Translations under genes and position numbers: made by a program | Origin: Pyrinomonadaceae bacterium | Lineage (GTDB): Bacteria; Acidobacteriota; Blastocatellia; Pyrinomonadales; Pyrinomonadaceae | Assembly (NCBI GenBank): GCA_021463165.1 | Contig: JAJTWY010000011.1 | Coordinates: 4,072-68,071 of the forward strand | Reading direction: 5' to 3' | DNA length: 64,000 bases | Part shown: in pieces, positions 17,746 to 26,351 of the stretch | Numbering within the stretch: the stretch's first letter is position 1 | Layout: every line of letters begins with the position of its first letter | Notes under the pieces: model-generated | Told to the model about the DNA's origin: nothing | Database searches by the model: none | The model's input: only the letters and a program-made list of their open reading frames with translations

Positions 17746-19071
17746 CTATTTCGGCATCGCGCGTTCGATAGCGGAGCGAAAACTCTCAAAGGAAAGCTCG
17801 CGAACACGGATACCGTTAACAAAGATCGTCGGAGTCGAACTGACGATATAACTGTCGCCATCGGCCTGGTCCTTTCGGATCTCGGTGGCCGTTTTTTCGG
17901 CATTAAAGTCTATCTCAAATTGCTTGGTATTCAAACCGATTTCCACCGCATATTTTGTCAACGATGCCTTATCGAGGGCATTCTGCCGCTTGTATAGCAG
18001 CTCTATATATTCGAAGAATTTGCCCTGAGCGTTGGCGGCGTTTGCGGCACGTGCGGCAGCGAAGGCGTTCTCGTGGATCGATTCCAGTGGATAATCGCGA
18101 ACCACGAACCGCACTTTACCCGGAAACGATTCTATCGCTCGCTTCAGTACGGGATGCGTTGCTGCGCAAGCCGGACACTCGAAATCGCTGAACATGATAA
18201 CCGTTACGGGCGCGTCAGCGGGGCCGATAGCCGGGTCATCATCGGCGGAAATGTTTTGCACAACCGGCTCAGGCAGTTTGAAGGCGATCGACGGGTTGTA
18301 CTTGGCGGCCAGCTTCTTTGCGAAGGCTTCTTCGAGGGCGTAGCGCTCTTCGTTCGAGTAGTCCTTCATCTTGTTCGTGATCTCACGTGCGATCAGTACA
18401 CTCGGGTCGATCTTCAACTGCTTGGCCTCTTCGGCGATCATCGAGTTAAAAACGACCTCATTTAGATCTGTGACAACGAGTTCAGCAACGGAGGCATTCA
18501 ATTCGTACACCGCGACCTTGGCCGTATCTTCGAATTCTTTTGCCGTGATCACCGTCCCGTTGATCGTCGCGACGACGTCGGCCGGAGCAAGCCCCGGGGA
18601 ATTGACCGGTTTACCCGCGACGTATTTGTATTTGGTCTTAAGCCGTGCATATAAGGCGCCGAGCACCTTTTGTTCAGGTTCTCGGCGAAGATAAGCAATT
18701 ATCTGCTTTTTCGCTTTTTCAAGCGGCATATCGCCCAGGGCCTCTCGATTAGCATCGTAAATTGCCTTGATCTCCGTGTCGTTCGGAGCCGGCACTTTGG
18801 CCTTTTCCCCAGCCAAGATCCTGCCGGGTGAGCTGCCAAGAGCTTTTGCCTCGGCATCGAGGAGCCGCTGATTTACCATCTGGTCGAGAATGGCGGAGCG
18901 TGTCGCAAAGGTTCGCGTCGGAACGCTGGCAACGGCCTGCTGAGCCTCCTGGCCGAGGTCAGCGAGCTTGAACGATCGTCCGGCTGCAGTTGCGAGCACC
19001 TCATCCGCCTTCTGGGCATATAACGGTGCGGCAAGCACGGTCAGGAACACGCTGGTTATCAGAAGTTTCAT
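17746..19071 (-). CDS. secreted thioredoxin-fold DsbA-like protein with N-terminal SurA-like chaperone region
   Basis: It has a signal peptide (MKLLITSVFLTVLAAPLYA) and the CPAC active site in MFSDFECPACAATHP. The ORF track starts at an upstream TTG (19104). Confidence 0.75.
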   Translation of the reverse strand: MKLLITSVFLTVLAAPLYAQKADEVLATAAGRSFKLADLGQEAQQAVASVPTRTFATRSAILDQMVNQRLLDAEAKALGSSPGRILAGEKAKVPAPNDTEIKAIYDANREALGDMPLEKAKKQIIAYLRREPEQKVLGALYARLKTKYKYVAGKPVNSPGLAPADVVATINGTVITAKEFEDTAKVAVYELNASVAELVVTDLNEVVFNSMIAEEAKQLKIDPSVLIAREITNKMKDYSNEERYALEEAFAKKLAAKYNPSIAFKLPEPVVQNISADDDPAIGPADAPVTVIMFSDFECPACAATHPVLKRAIESFPGKVRFVVRDYPLESIHENAFAAARAANAANAQGKFFEYIELLYKRQNALDKASLTKYAVEIGLNTKQFEIDFNAEKTATEIRKDQADGDSYIVSSTPTIFVNGIRVRELSFESFRSAIERAMPK

Positions 19072-19184
19072 AGAAATACGTAAAAGCCTTGAGGATTCTA
19101 TCAATTCTGCCTAACTTAGACTAACGTCCCCTTAGATGTTCGATTGCCTCGTTTGGTATGCCGCCGTGCTATCGTTGACGAGCA

Positions 19185-19823
19185 ATGGGCAAGCTCAAGA
19201 ACGAATTCTACACTCGCCGCGATACGGTCGCCGTTGCCCGCGGACTCCTCGGCAAGCTTCTCGTCGTTCCCAATAAAAACGGGGAAAGAGTTTCGGGAAT
19301 GATCGTCGAGACCGAGGCTTACCTTGGTGAGCGAGACCGTGCCGCACATAGCTATGCGGGCCGCAGAACGGCGAGGAATGAGGTAACATACGGGCCGGGC
19401 GGCCACGTGTATGTCTTCTTCGTTTATGGAATGTATTACCAGCTTAATGTTGTCTGCGGCAAAAGTGGCTCGCCGCATGTCGTCCTGATCCGTGCTGTTG
19501 AACCCGTCGAAGGTATTGAGACCATGCGGATCCGGCGCGGGCGAGCGACAGCGACAGGGTTTTGCGCAGACAAAGATCTAACGTCCGGCCCGGGCAAACT
19601 CTGCATCGCGTTCAACATCGATCGTGAACTTAATGGCACCAATCTGCGCAGCGGCAAGATCTGGCTTGAAGATTATCGGTCGGTTGACGAAGAGCAGATC
19701 GCGGTCGGCAAGCGCATCGGGATCGATCACGCCGGGGAGGACGCATTGAGGCCATTGCGGTTTTGGATACGCGGAAATCCATTCGTGAGCAAGCCGCGCT
19801 TAGAAATATCAGCTAAAAACTGA
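19185..19823 (+). CDS. DNA-3-methyladenine glycosylase (AAG/MPG family)
   Basis: 212 aa. ARGLLGKLLV, ETEAYLG..D.A.H and GPGKLC blocks match the MPG family. Confidence 0.85.
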   Translation: MGKLKNEFYTRRDTVAVARGLLGKLLVVPNKNGERVSGMIVETEAYLGERDRAAHSYAGRRTARNEVTYGPGGHVYVFFVYGMYYQLNVVCGKSGSPHVVLIRAVEPVEGIETMRIRRGRATATGFCADKDLTSGPGKLCIAFNIDRELNGTNLRSGKIWLEDYRSVDEEQIAVGKRIGIDHAGEDALRPLRFWIRGNPFVSKPRLEISAKN

Positions 19824-19831
19824 TATTTTTA

Positions 19832-21001
19832 TTGTTTATGTCAGAACCAACCATGAAGAAAGTCAAACCGGATATCCGTGCGATCACGCGGCTTGTGCCC
19901 CCGAGCGGAAACCTCGTTCAAGGGCAGTCGGAACTGCCGATCGATCCGCAGCTTGCGGCCGAAGCATCGGCCATTATTGCTGCAAGCAAGAATCATTATG
20001 GCGGCAGCGAGGGGGACGCGAATCTGCGAAAGGCCGTTGCTGAAAAGATCGCAAAGTACAACAGCATTCAGGTCGATGCGGACGCAACACCCTATGAGCT
20101 GATAATAACGAACGGTGGAACCGGGGCATTGATCGGGATTGCACAAAAGTTTCTACGAGGCCGATCGGCCCTCGTTTTTGAGCCGTATTATCCGTATCAC
20201 AGGCGTATCCTTGAGGATTTTGGCGCTAAGACCGAGACCTTCGAACTTAACCCTTCCGATCTTGGCTTTGATAAGGAGGCGTTGCTCACACGATGCAAGC
20301 AACTTAAGGATCGTGTTGATTTTCCTCTCGCGATGATCATTGTTTGTACGCCGGCGAACCCGAGCGGCAAAGTGATGTCGCAGACGGAACTCGAAGCCAT
20401 TGCAGATGTCGCGAAGGAGTTGGACCTGCTCGTGGTTTCGGACGAGGTTTACGAACATTATGTGACGGGCGAGAACCCACATGTGCCGATCGCGTCGTTA
20501 CCAGACATGTGGGAGCGGACGATAACGGTCAACTCGTTCTCGAAATCGTGGAACATCTCTGGCTGGCGGCTCGGCTACGCGTACGGCAACGGCAAACTGA
20601 TCAACCAGATAAATGCAGCGGCGAACGTCATATATGTTTGTCCGGCAACCCCTTTGCAGGCAGCTCTGTCCAAAGTACTGATGGCGGATGACGGCTATTA
20701 TCCGCGCCTGAAGGAAACCTTTGACGCAAAGCGGAGGTACACATCGGGTGTCCTCAGCGATCTCGGCTTTAAGATCTATGATTCCGGTTCGGCGTTCTAC
20801 CTCTGGGCACGGATCCCCGAGCAATATAGCGACGCCATCGCCTTTAACGAAATGCTCATGAGCGAAGCCGGTGTCGGCATGACGCCCGGCTCGGCTTTTG
20901 CCGACAGCGACGACTGGGATGCTTTTGTTCGTATTTGCATCGCCCGGGAAGATACCATTCTCGAAGGTGCGATGGAACGACTTCGGTCGGTATTGGCTTA
21001 G
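19832..21001 (+). CDS. PLP-dependent aminotransferase, class I/II
   Basis: 389 aa. The PLP-lysine context is NSFSKSWNISGWRLGY, with the typical NP.GKV and D.VY blocks. Confidence 0.85.
   Translation: MFMSEPTMKKVKPDIRAITRLVPPSGNLVQGQSELPIDPQLAAEASAIIAASKNHYGGSEGDANLRKAVAEKIAKYNSIQVDADATPYELIITNGGTGALIGIAQKFLRGRSALVFEPYYPYHRRILEDFGAKTETFELNPSDLGFDKEALLTRCKQLKDRVDFPLAMIIVCTPANPSGKVMSQTELEAIADVAKELDLLVVSDEVYEHYVTGENPHVPIASLPDMWERTITVNSFSKSWNISGWRLGYAYGNGKLINQINAAANVIYVCPATPLQAALSKVLMADDGYYPRLKETFDAKRRYTSGVLSDLGFKIYDSGSAFYLWARIPEQYSDAIAFNEMLMSEAGVGMTPGSAFADSDDWDAFVRICIAREDTILEGAMERLRSVLA
20957..20977. repeat. 21-nt exact direct repeat, copy 1 (inside the aminotransferase 3' end)
   Basis: ATTCTCGAAGGTGCGATGGAA is identical to 21700-21720. 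Confidence 0.9.
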
Positions 21002-21019
21002 TTGATGTAAACTGTCGAT

Positions 21020-21247
21020 ATGAACAACATTAACGAGAGAATCACGGTCAATCCTAACCAATGCGGCGGGCGCCCGTGTATTCGCGGAATGCGCATTCGT
21101 GTGAGTGACGTACTTGATCTTTTTGGAGCAGGGCTTTCAAAAGAACAGATTTTAGACGAACTGCCTGATCTCGAAATGGAGGATCTGAATGCTGTTTTGA
21201 AATACGCAGCCCGAAAACTCGATCATCCGATCCTCGTCACTGCATGA
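21020..21247 (+). CDS. DUF433 domain protein (putative antitoxin)
   Basis: 75 aa. The DUF433 signature is NPNQCGGRPCIRGMRIRVSDVL...G.S.EQIL...P.LE.EDL. A 4-nt ATGA overlap joins it to the next gene. Confidence 0.8.
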   Translation: MNNINERITVNPNQCGGRPCIRGMRIRVSDVLDLFGAGLSKEQILDELPDLEMEDLNAVLKYAARKLDHPILVTA

Positions 21248-21585
21248 TAATTTGGATCGATGCCCAGCTTTCACCTGTGATTGCTCGTTGGGTAACCGCA
21301 GAATTTTCATGCGAAGCTTTCGCGGTGAGAGATATAGGTTTACGAGAGGCTGAAGATACGGAAATTTTTGATGCCGCTAAGAAAGCAAAAGCTATTGTCA
21401 TCACAAAGGATAGCGATTTTGTTGGACTACTCGATCGGTTTGGGCCACCACCTCAGATTATTTGGCTGACTTGCGGTAATACCTCCAACGCGGCCTTAAT
21501 GAACATCTTAGCTAGCAAGTTGGAAGCTGCGTTGGAATTGATTCGTGAAGGAGCGTCTTTAGTTGAAATAAACTCGCCTTATTAG
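21244..21585 (+). CDS. DUF5615 family PIN-like protein (putative toxin)
   Basis: 113 aa. IWIDAQLSP...VITKDSDF resembles DUF5615/Mut7-C-like PIN-fold partners of DUF433. Confidence 0.7.
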   Translation: MIIWIDAQLSPVIARWVTAEFSCEAFAVRDIGLREAEDTEIFDAAKKAKAIVITKDSDFVGLLDRFGPPPQIIWLTCGNTSNAALMNILASKLEAALELIREGASLVEINSPY

Positions 21586-21639
21586 ATTTGTAATGAATGC
21601 ATTTTTTGGGTTAAGCATTTCCAAAGTTTTATGATCAAG

Positions 21640-21744
21640 ATTTTCGAGAGCGACGTCTTTGAGGCAGACGAGAGCATCTGCATCGCGGTGACAAACACAA
21701 TTCTCGAAGGTGCGATGGAAAAACTGCAGCGTGTTCTTCGCTAA
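21640..21744 (+). pseudogene. orphan 3'-terminal fragment of an aminotransferase gene
   Basis: It translates in frame to IFESDVFEADESICIAVTNTILEGAMEKLQRVLR*. This aligns with the last 34 aa of the intact gene (FADSDDWDAFVRICIAREDTILEGAMERLRSVLA*), about 18/34 identical. It ends 24 nt before the S46 peptidase start. Confidence 0.75.
21700..21720. repeat. 21-nt exact direct repeat, copy 2
   Basis: ATTCTCGAAGGTGCGATGGAA is identical to 20957-20977. Confidence 0.9.
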
Positions 21745-21768
21745 GGCAATCTAAAAAACGGTGTAATT

Positions 21769-23826
21769 ATGAAACGATTCCTTGCTTTCCTGTTGTTGAT
21801 CAATTTGCTGGTATCTGCCGCCTTCGCTGACGAGGGCATGTGGACCTTTGACAATCCGCCGCTAAAACAGTGGAAAGAAAAATACGGTTTTGAGCCGTCG
21901 AAGGAATGGCTCGACAGGGTGCGGCTTGCGTCGGTCAAGTTTCCGGGCGCGTCCGGCGTATTTGTCTCGCCAAATGGTTTGATCGCGACCAATCACCACG
22001 TTGCATCAGGATTTATCGAGCGGCTTTCGAGCAAGGAACGCGACCTGCTAAAGAATGGGTTTTACGCGAAAACGCAGGCAGAGGAACTGAAGGTCCCCGA
22101 CGGAAATGTGCAGATTCTGCACTCATACGAAAACGTTACTGAACGTGTTCACAGTGCGGCGAGGGCCGGGTCCACCGACGCCGATGCGGCAGCAAAACGC
22201 ACGGCAGAGATCGCGGCGATCGAGAAAGACTGTCCCGCGGGCCTTCGCTGCGAGGTAGTTTCGCTCTATAGCGGTGGCGAATACTGGAAATACCGTTTCA
22301 AACGCTACACGGATGTGCGACTGGTGATGGCTCCTGAGGAGCAGGCGGCCTTCTTCGGCGGCGATTATGACAATTTTGTCTTTCCGCGGCACGATCTCGA
22401 TTTCACGTTCGTTCGCGTTTACGAAAACGACAAGCCGGCAAGCACGCCTAACTATCTTAAATGGTCGGCGACCGGTGCCCCGGAGGGTGAGTTCATCATC
22501 GCCTCGGGTTATCCCGGCTCGACGGCGCGGCTTTTGACCGTGGCACAGCTTGCCTATCAACGCGATATCGGCAACCCGCTGCAGGAAAAGGTCTGGAAAA
22601 CCCGTCGCAAAGCCCTTGAGGATTATTCGAAACTCGGTGCCGAGCAGCTTCGGCAGGCAAATCCCGGAATGAGATCGTTGGCTAATTCGCTCAAACGTCT
22701 CGAAGGTCAGCAGAACGGGCTTCTGAATCCGCGGAATTTCGCCAAGAAAGAAGCAGAGGAGAAGGACCTACGCGACAAACTTGCAGCGAAACCCGATCTG
22801 AACAAGCAATATTCACCTGCATGGGAAGCCATAGCCAAGGCGTACAGCGAACTGCCGTCAAAGGCAAACCAGATCGCGTTTTCGAGCCTTGCCTCGTCGC
22901 GTCTTGCGACAATTGCCCAGCAGATCGTCACTTACCATATCGAGACCGCGAAGGCCGACGGCCAGCGTTATCCTGAATTTCGCGAATCCCGGCTGGACGC
23001 CTTCAGGTCGTCATTGCTGTCGCCCGCACCTAGTTACAGCGAAATGGAACAGGCGGCGCTGACGGCGTGGATGGCGGAAGCCCGCAGCGTGCTCGGTGCG
23101 AACGATCCGTTCATCAAGGCCGCGCTGGGCGAGGCCGAGCCGGCGGAAGTTGTCGGACGAGCGATCCGCGAGACGAAACTGCTCGACCCGGCCGCGCGGA
23201 AGGCATTGCTCGACGGCGGTGCTGCCGCGGTTGCCGCGTCAACCGATCCATTGGTCACGCTTGCTCGTCGTGTCGAACCGGTGATCCGTGAACTCCGCTC
23301 GTGGAGCGAAAAGAATATTCTGGCGGTCGAAACGTCAAACGGGACGAAGATCGCTCAGGCCCGTTTTGCCGTTTACGGTAAAAATATGCCGCCAGACGCC
23401 AATTCTCACCTTCGCCTGTGTTACGGCGTCGTCAAAGGTTACGAGGAAGATACGACGCTGGTACCTTATCGCACAACCTTCTTTGGCCTGTACGATCGGG
23501 CGTTGAGCTTTGACGAAAAAGATCCGTTCCACTTGCCCGAAAGCGTCAAGAACGCCCGCAGCAAGATCGACCTTGCCACGCCGCTCAACTTCGTTTACAC
23601 CGCCGACACCATCGGCGGCAACTCCGGCTCACCCGTCGTCAACCGCCGCGGCGAAGTCGTCGGCCTAAACTTCGACTCGAACAACCAAAAACTCTCCAAC
23701 CGCTACTGGTACATCGAAGAAAACGAAGGCTCCCGCGCCGTCGGCGTCCATTCAGCGGGGATCCTCGAGGCGCTGCGGAAGATCTACGGTACAGAGGCAC
23801 TCGTTTCGGAGCTGCTTGGTTCATAG
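21769..23826 (+). CDS. S46 family dipeptidyl-peptidase (DPP7/DPP11-like)
   Basis: 685 aa with a signal peptide followed by DEGMWTFDNPP. It has TNHHV, and the catalytic Ser context GGNSGSPVVN lies near the C-terminus. Confidence 0.85.
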   Translation: MKRFLAFLLLINLLVSAAFADEGMWTFDNPPLKQWKEKYGFEPSKEWLDRVRLASVKFPGASGVFVSPNGLIATNHHVASGFIERLSSKERDLLKNGFYAKTQAEELKVPDGNVQILHSYENVTERVHSAARAGSTDADAAAKRTAEIAAIEKDCPAGLRCEVVSLYSGGEYWKYRFKRYTDVRLVMAPEEQAAFFGGDYDNFVFPRHDLDFTFVRVYENDKPASTPNYLKWSATGAPEGEFIIASGYPGSTARLLTVAQLAYQRDIGNPLQEKVWKTRRKALEDYSKLGAEQLRQANPGMRSLANSLKRLEGQQNGLLNPRNFAKKEAEEKDLRDKLAAKPDLNKQYSPAWEAIAKAYSELPSKANQIAFSSLASSRLATIAQQIVTYHIETAKADGQRYPEFRESRLDAFRSSLLSPAPSYSEMEQAALTAWMAEARSVLGANDPFIKAALGEAEPAEVVGRAIRETKLLDPAARKALLDGGAAAVAASTDPLVTLARRVEPVIRELRSWSEKNILAVETSNGTKIAQARFAVYGKNMPPDANSHLRLCYGVVKGYEEDTTLVPYRTTFFGLYDRALSFDEKDPFHLPESVKNARSKIDLATPLNFVYTADTIGGNSGSPVVNRRGEVVGLNFDSNNQKLSNRYWYIEENEGSRAVGVHSAGILEALRKIYGTEALVSELLGS

Positions 23827-23887
23827 CGTCCGTTAAAACTGGTTTCACCCAAGCGGGCCGTCCACAACAAGCGGCCCTAAGTTCACT

Positions 23888-25390
23888 ATGCACTATCACT
23901 TGATCGGAATTTGCGGTACGGCGATGGCTTCGCTTGCCGGAATGCTGCAGGCTCGAGGACATAAGGTCACCGGTTCGGATAGAGACGTCTATCCGCCTAT
24001 GTCCACGCAGCTCGCGCAGCTGGGCATAGAGATCGTGCAGGGCTATCAGGCCGAGAATTGTGAGATCGACCGAGACGTGACGGTCGTCGGCAACACGATA
24101 ATGCGAGGGAATCCCGAACTGGAAGAGGTCTTGAACCGGAAAATGTTGTATCGGTCGCAGGCTGAGACGGTAAGGGACGTGTTCATAAGGGCAGAAACAC
24201 GACCGGTCGGGAGTGTGTCCCGGGCTGGCGAGAAGCCACTTGGCGTAAGTTCTGAAAATACACTCCCTACCGGTCGTGTCTCGGCCAAACGCTCGCTGGT
24301 GGTTGCGGGGACACACGGAAAGACGACGACGACATCGCTTGCGGCGTGGATGTGCGAGGTTGGCGGGCTCGATCCGACGTTTTTGGTCGGCGGCGTGGTT
24401 CAGAATTTTGGCCAGAGCTTTCGCGTGACTGACAGCGACTATTTTGTAATCGAGGGCGACGAATACGACACGGCCTTCTTTGATAAGAAGCCGAAGTTCA
24501 TGTCGTATCTGCCGGAGATCGCGATCGTAAACAATATCGAATTCGACCACGCCGACATCTACAAAGACCTTGACGCTATCAAATGGCAGTTCTCGCGGCT
24601 GATGAATCTTGTTCCCGGCAACGGCCGCCTGATCTGCGGCATCGATTCGCCCGTGGTCGGCGAAGTTCTCTCCTCGATGGCTGGGAAGCTCTACACTACC
24701 GTCGAGACGTTCGGGCTGAGCGAAGGGGCAAAATGGCAGGCTCGCGATATAGAATTCACCTCGGACGGCACGCGGTTCAAGGTATTTTGCGAAAGCGAAC
24801 CGTGGGGTGAATTCACGACGAATATGTTTGGCGAATTTAATGTTCGCAACTGTTTGGCGGTGATCATTGCGGCGGACGCCTGGGGCATTTCGCGCACAAA
24901 GATGCAGGAATGCTTTGACACATTCGAATCGGTGAAGCGACGTATGGAGGTTCGCGGCGTGGAGCGAGGCGTGACCGTCATCGACGACTTTGCCCATCAC
25001 CCGACCGCCGTCGACGAAACTCTGAAAGCTCTCAGGCAAAGGTACAAAAACAACCGTCTGATCGCCGTCTTCGAACCGCGCTCGCGTTCGTCGCGGCTGT
25101 CGGTATTCGAAGACCAATACCGCAGAGCGTTCGCACACGCCGACTACGTTATCATCACCGCCGTTTTCAACCCCGAAGACGCCTTGCGTTTCGGCTCGAC
25201 GCTCCTCGACGTTGGCAAACTGATCACGGACATCGCCGCCACCGGCAAAACTGCCATAACTCTCCCAGATGCCGACGCCATCGTCGATCACCTCGCCCCG
25301 CAAATGCAGGAAGGCGACGTCATCGCCGTGATGTCGAACGGCGGGTTTGGGGGCATACATGAAAAGATCTTGAATGTCCTGACGCATTGA
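23888..25390 (+). CDS. mpl: UDP-N-acetylmuramate:L-alanyl-gamma-D-glutamyl-meso-DAP ligase (murein peptide ligase)
   Basis: The N-terminus is MHYHLIGICGTAMASLAGML..GH.VTGSD..VYPPMS. It has the P-loop AGTHGKTTTT, then EGDEYDTAFFDK, DDFAHHPTA and MSNGGFGGIH. At 500 aa it is about 30-40 aa longer than I recall for typical Mpl, because of the insert at 24191-24286. Confidence 0.9.
   Translation: MHYHLIGICGTAMASLAGMLQARGHKVTGSDRDVYPPMSTQLAQLGIEIVQGYQAENCEIDRDVTVVGNTIMRGNPELEEVLNRKMLYRSQAETVRDVFIRAETRPVGSVSRAGEKPLGVSSENTLPTGRVSAKRSLVVAGTHGKTTTTSLAAWMCEVGGLDPTFLVGGVVQNFGQSFRVTDSDYFVIEGDEYDTAFFDKKPKFMSYLPEIAIVNNIEFDHADIYKDLDAIKWQFSRLMNLVPGNGRLICGIDSPVVGEVLSSMAGKLYTTVETFGLSEGAKWQARDIEFTSDGTRFKVFCESEPWGEFTTNMFGEFNVRNCLAVIIAADAWGISRTKMQECFDTFESVKRRMEVRGVERGVTVIDDFAHHPTAVDETLKALRQRYKNNRLIAVFEPRSRSSRLSVFEDQYRRAFAHADYVIITAVFNPEDALRFGSTLLDVGKLITDIAATGKTAITLPDADAIVDHLAPQMQEGDVIAVMSNGGFGGIHEKILNVLTH
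24191..24286. mobile_element. MITE-like palindromic element inserted in frame in mpl
   Basis: The left arm is GAAACACGACCGGTCGGGAGTGT (24194-24216). The right arm is ACACTCCCTACCGGTCGTGTCTC (24260-24282). They are 21/23 complementary and separated by a 43-nt core. The 96 nt equal 32 codons (AETRPVGSVSRAGEKPLGVSSENTLPTGRVSA). Confidence 0.7.
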
Positions 25391-26111
25391 CTCGTTCATT
25401 TGTTTCACCCAAAAGGTGCCCCGATCGGGCGTTGATTCCCCGCAAGATCAACTCCAGATCGCGATCGTTCCGTGGGACGCTTTGAGTGTGGCGATCTCGT
25501 AACTATCATCAAACACAACAAGTTAACCACTATTCCGAACCAGCCCTGTCCCAAGTGTCCCACCCCTGTCCCAGGCCTTCGGTGGGACAGTTAACATATT
25601 TAGCATCAGTGAGTTACGGCGAATATTCGTCCGATCTTCGCCGGATTTTAAAAAAAGCACGTTACTTTGTCTTACACCTGCCATAATGTGCAACATTGTA
25701 TCATACATAGGACACAAAAGTCAATGATCGGCTTCCCGGCCAAGGTCCTGCCGGCTCGCCCCAACCCAGGCGTCCTCGTCGAATTTCAGCCCTCCTGGAA
25801 GCAAAAGGGCCACCACCGTCGCCGCCTTATAGAACGTAAGGTTTTACGGCATTCACCAAAAGCTCTCGGATTTTTTGAGAGTCGAAAGTGTAATAGAATA
25901 GGGGCGTCCTTGGGGCGACAGCGATTCGTAAATGGCAACAGGTCAGGTCAAGTCCCGTCACGTGTTTGATGGATCTGCTTTTCAAAGATACGGGGAAGAG
26001 GGATTTATCCCGAAACCGATCCGCGAGTTTCCGTTGACCCATTTATTAAAGATCGCGGATGCCGAAAAATGGTAGCGTTGATGGTAAAATAAGCTTGAAA
26101 AGGAGGCATAA

Positions 26112-26351
26112 ATGACCAACATCGTCGCAGAGATAACGGCCAAGTCAGCGTCGCTGCCGCCTGATCTGCAATATGAGGTTCTGGATTTTGTCGATTTTGT
26201 CGCCGGCAAACGACGCCGCGTCAAGACAACGGGAACTCCATTTCAGAGCGTTCGCGGAATACTGGAACGTGACTTGTCCAATCTGGAAATAGATCTGGCC
26301 CAGGTGCGCGATGAAATGTGGAAAAACTTTCCGGAAGAGGCGTCAGAATGA
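26112..26351 (+). CDS. DUF2281 family antitoxin-like protein
   Basis: 79 aa. LPPDLQYEVLDFVDFV is the DUF2281 signature. The stop overlaps the start of the PIN gene (ATGA). Confidence 0.75.
   Translation: MTNIVAEITAKSASLPPDLQYEVLDFVDFVAGKRRRVKTTGTPFQSVRGILERDLSNLEIDLAQVRDEMWKNFPEEASE

Noticed and set aside
23639-25408. A 589-aa stop-free ORF on the minus strand covers the whole of mpl and the end of the S46 peptidase gene.
   Set aside because: It is the antisense shadow of a well-supported gene. Its composition is Arg/Gly/Pro-rich with no recognisable motifs. The plus-strand product has unambiguous Mpl motifs. The same reasoning applies to the other long antisense ORFs (44633-45784, 28161-28946, 51276-52040, 54473-55162, 12370-13068, 13585-14286, 9249-9842, 16274-16891, 49005-49628).
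25436-25449. A 14-nt match, TTCCCCGCAAGATC, is shared with 34266-34279. Both copies lie upstream of TA modules.
   Set aside because: Several 14-mer matches are expected by chance in 64 kb counting both strands. No similarity extends beyond the 14 nt.
25941-25962. A tRNA T-arm-like string, GGTCAGGTCAAGTCCCGTCACG, raised the possibility of a tRNA or tRNA fragment marking an att site.
   Set aside because: The flanking bases do not pair into a T-stem. No acceptor, D or anticodon arms can be drawn. No canonical GGTTCGAATCC-type motif occurs on either strand anywhere in the window.
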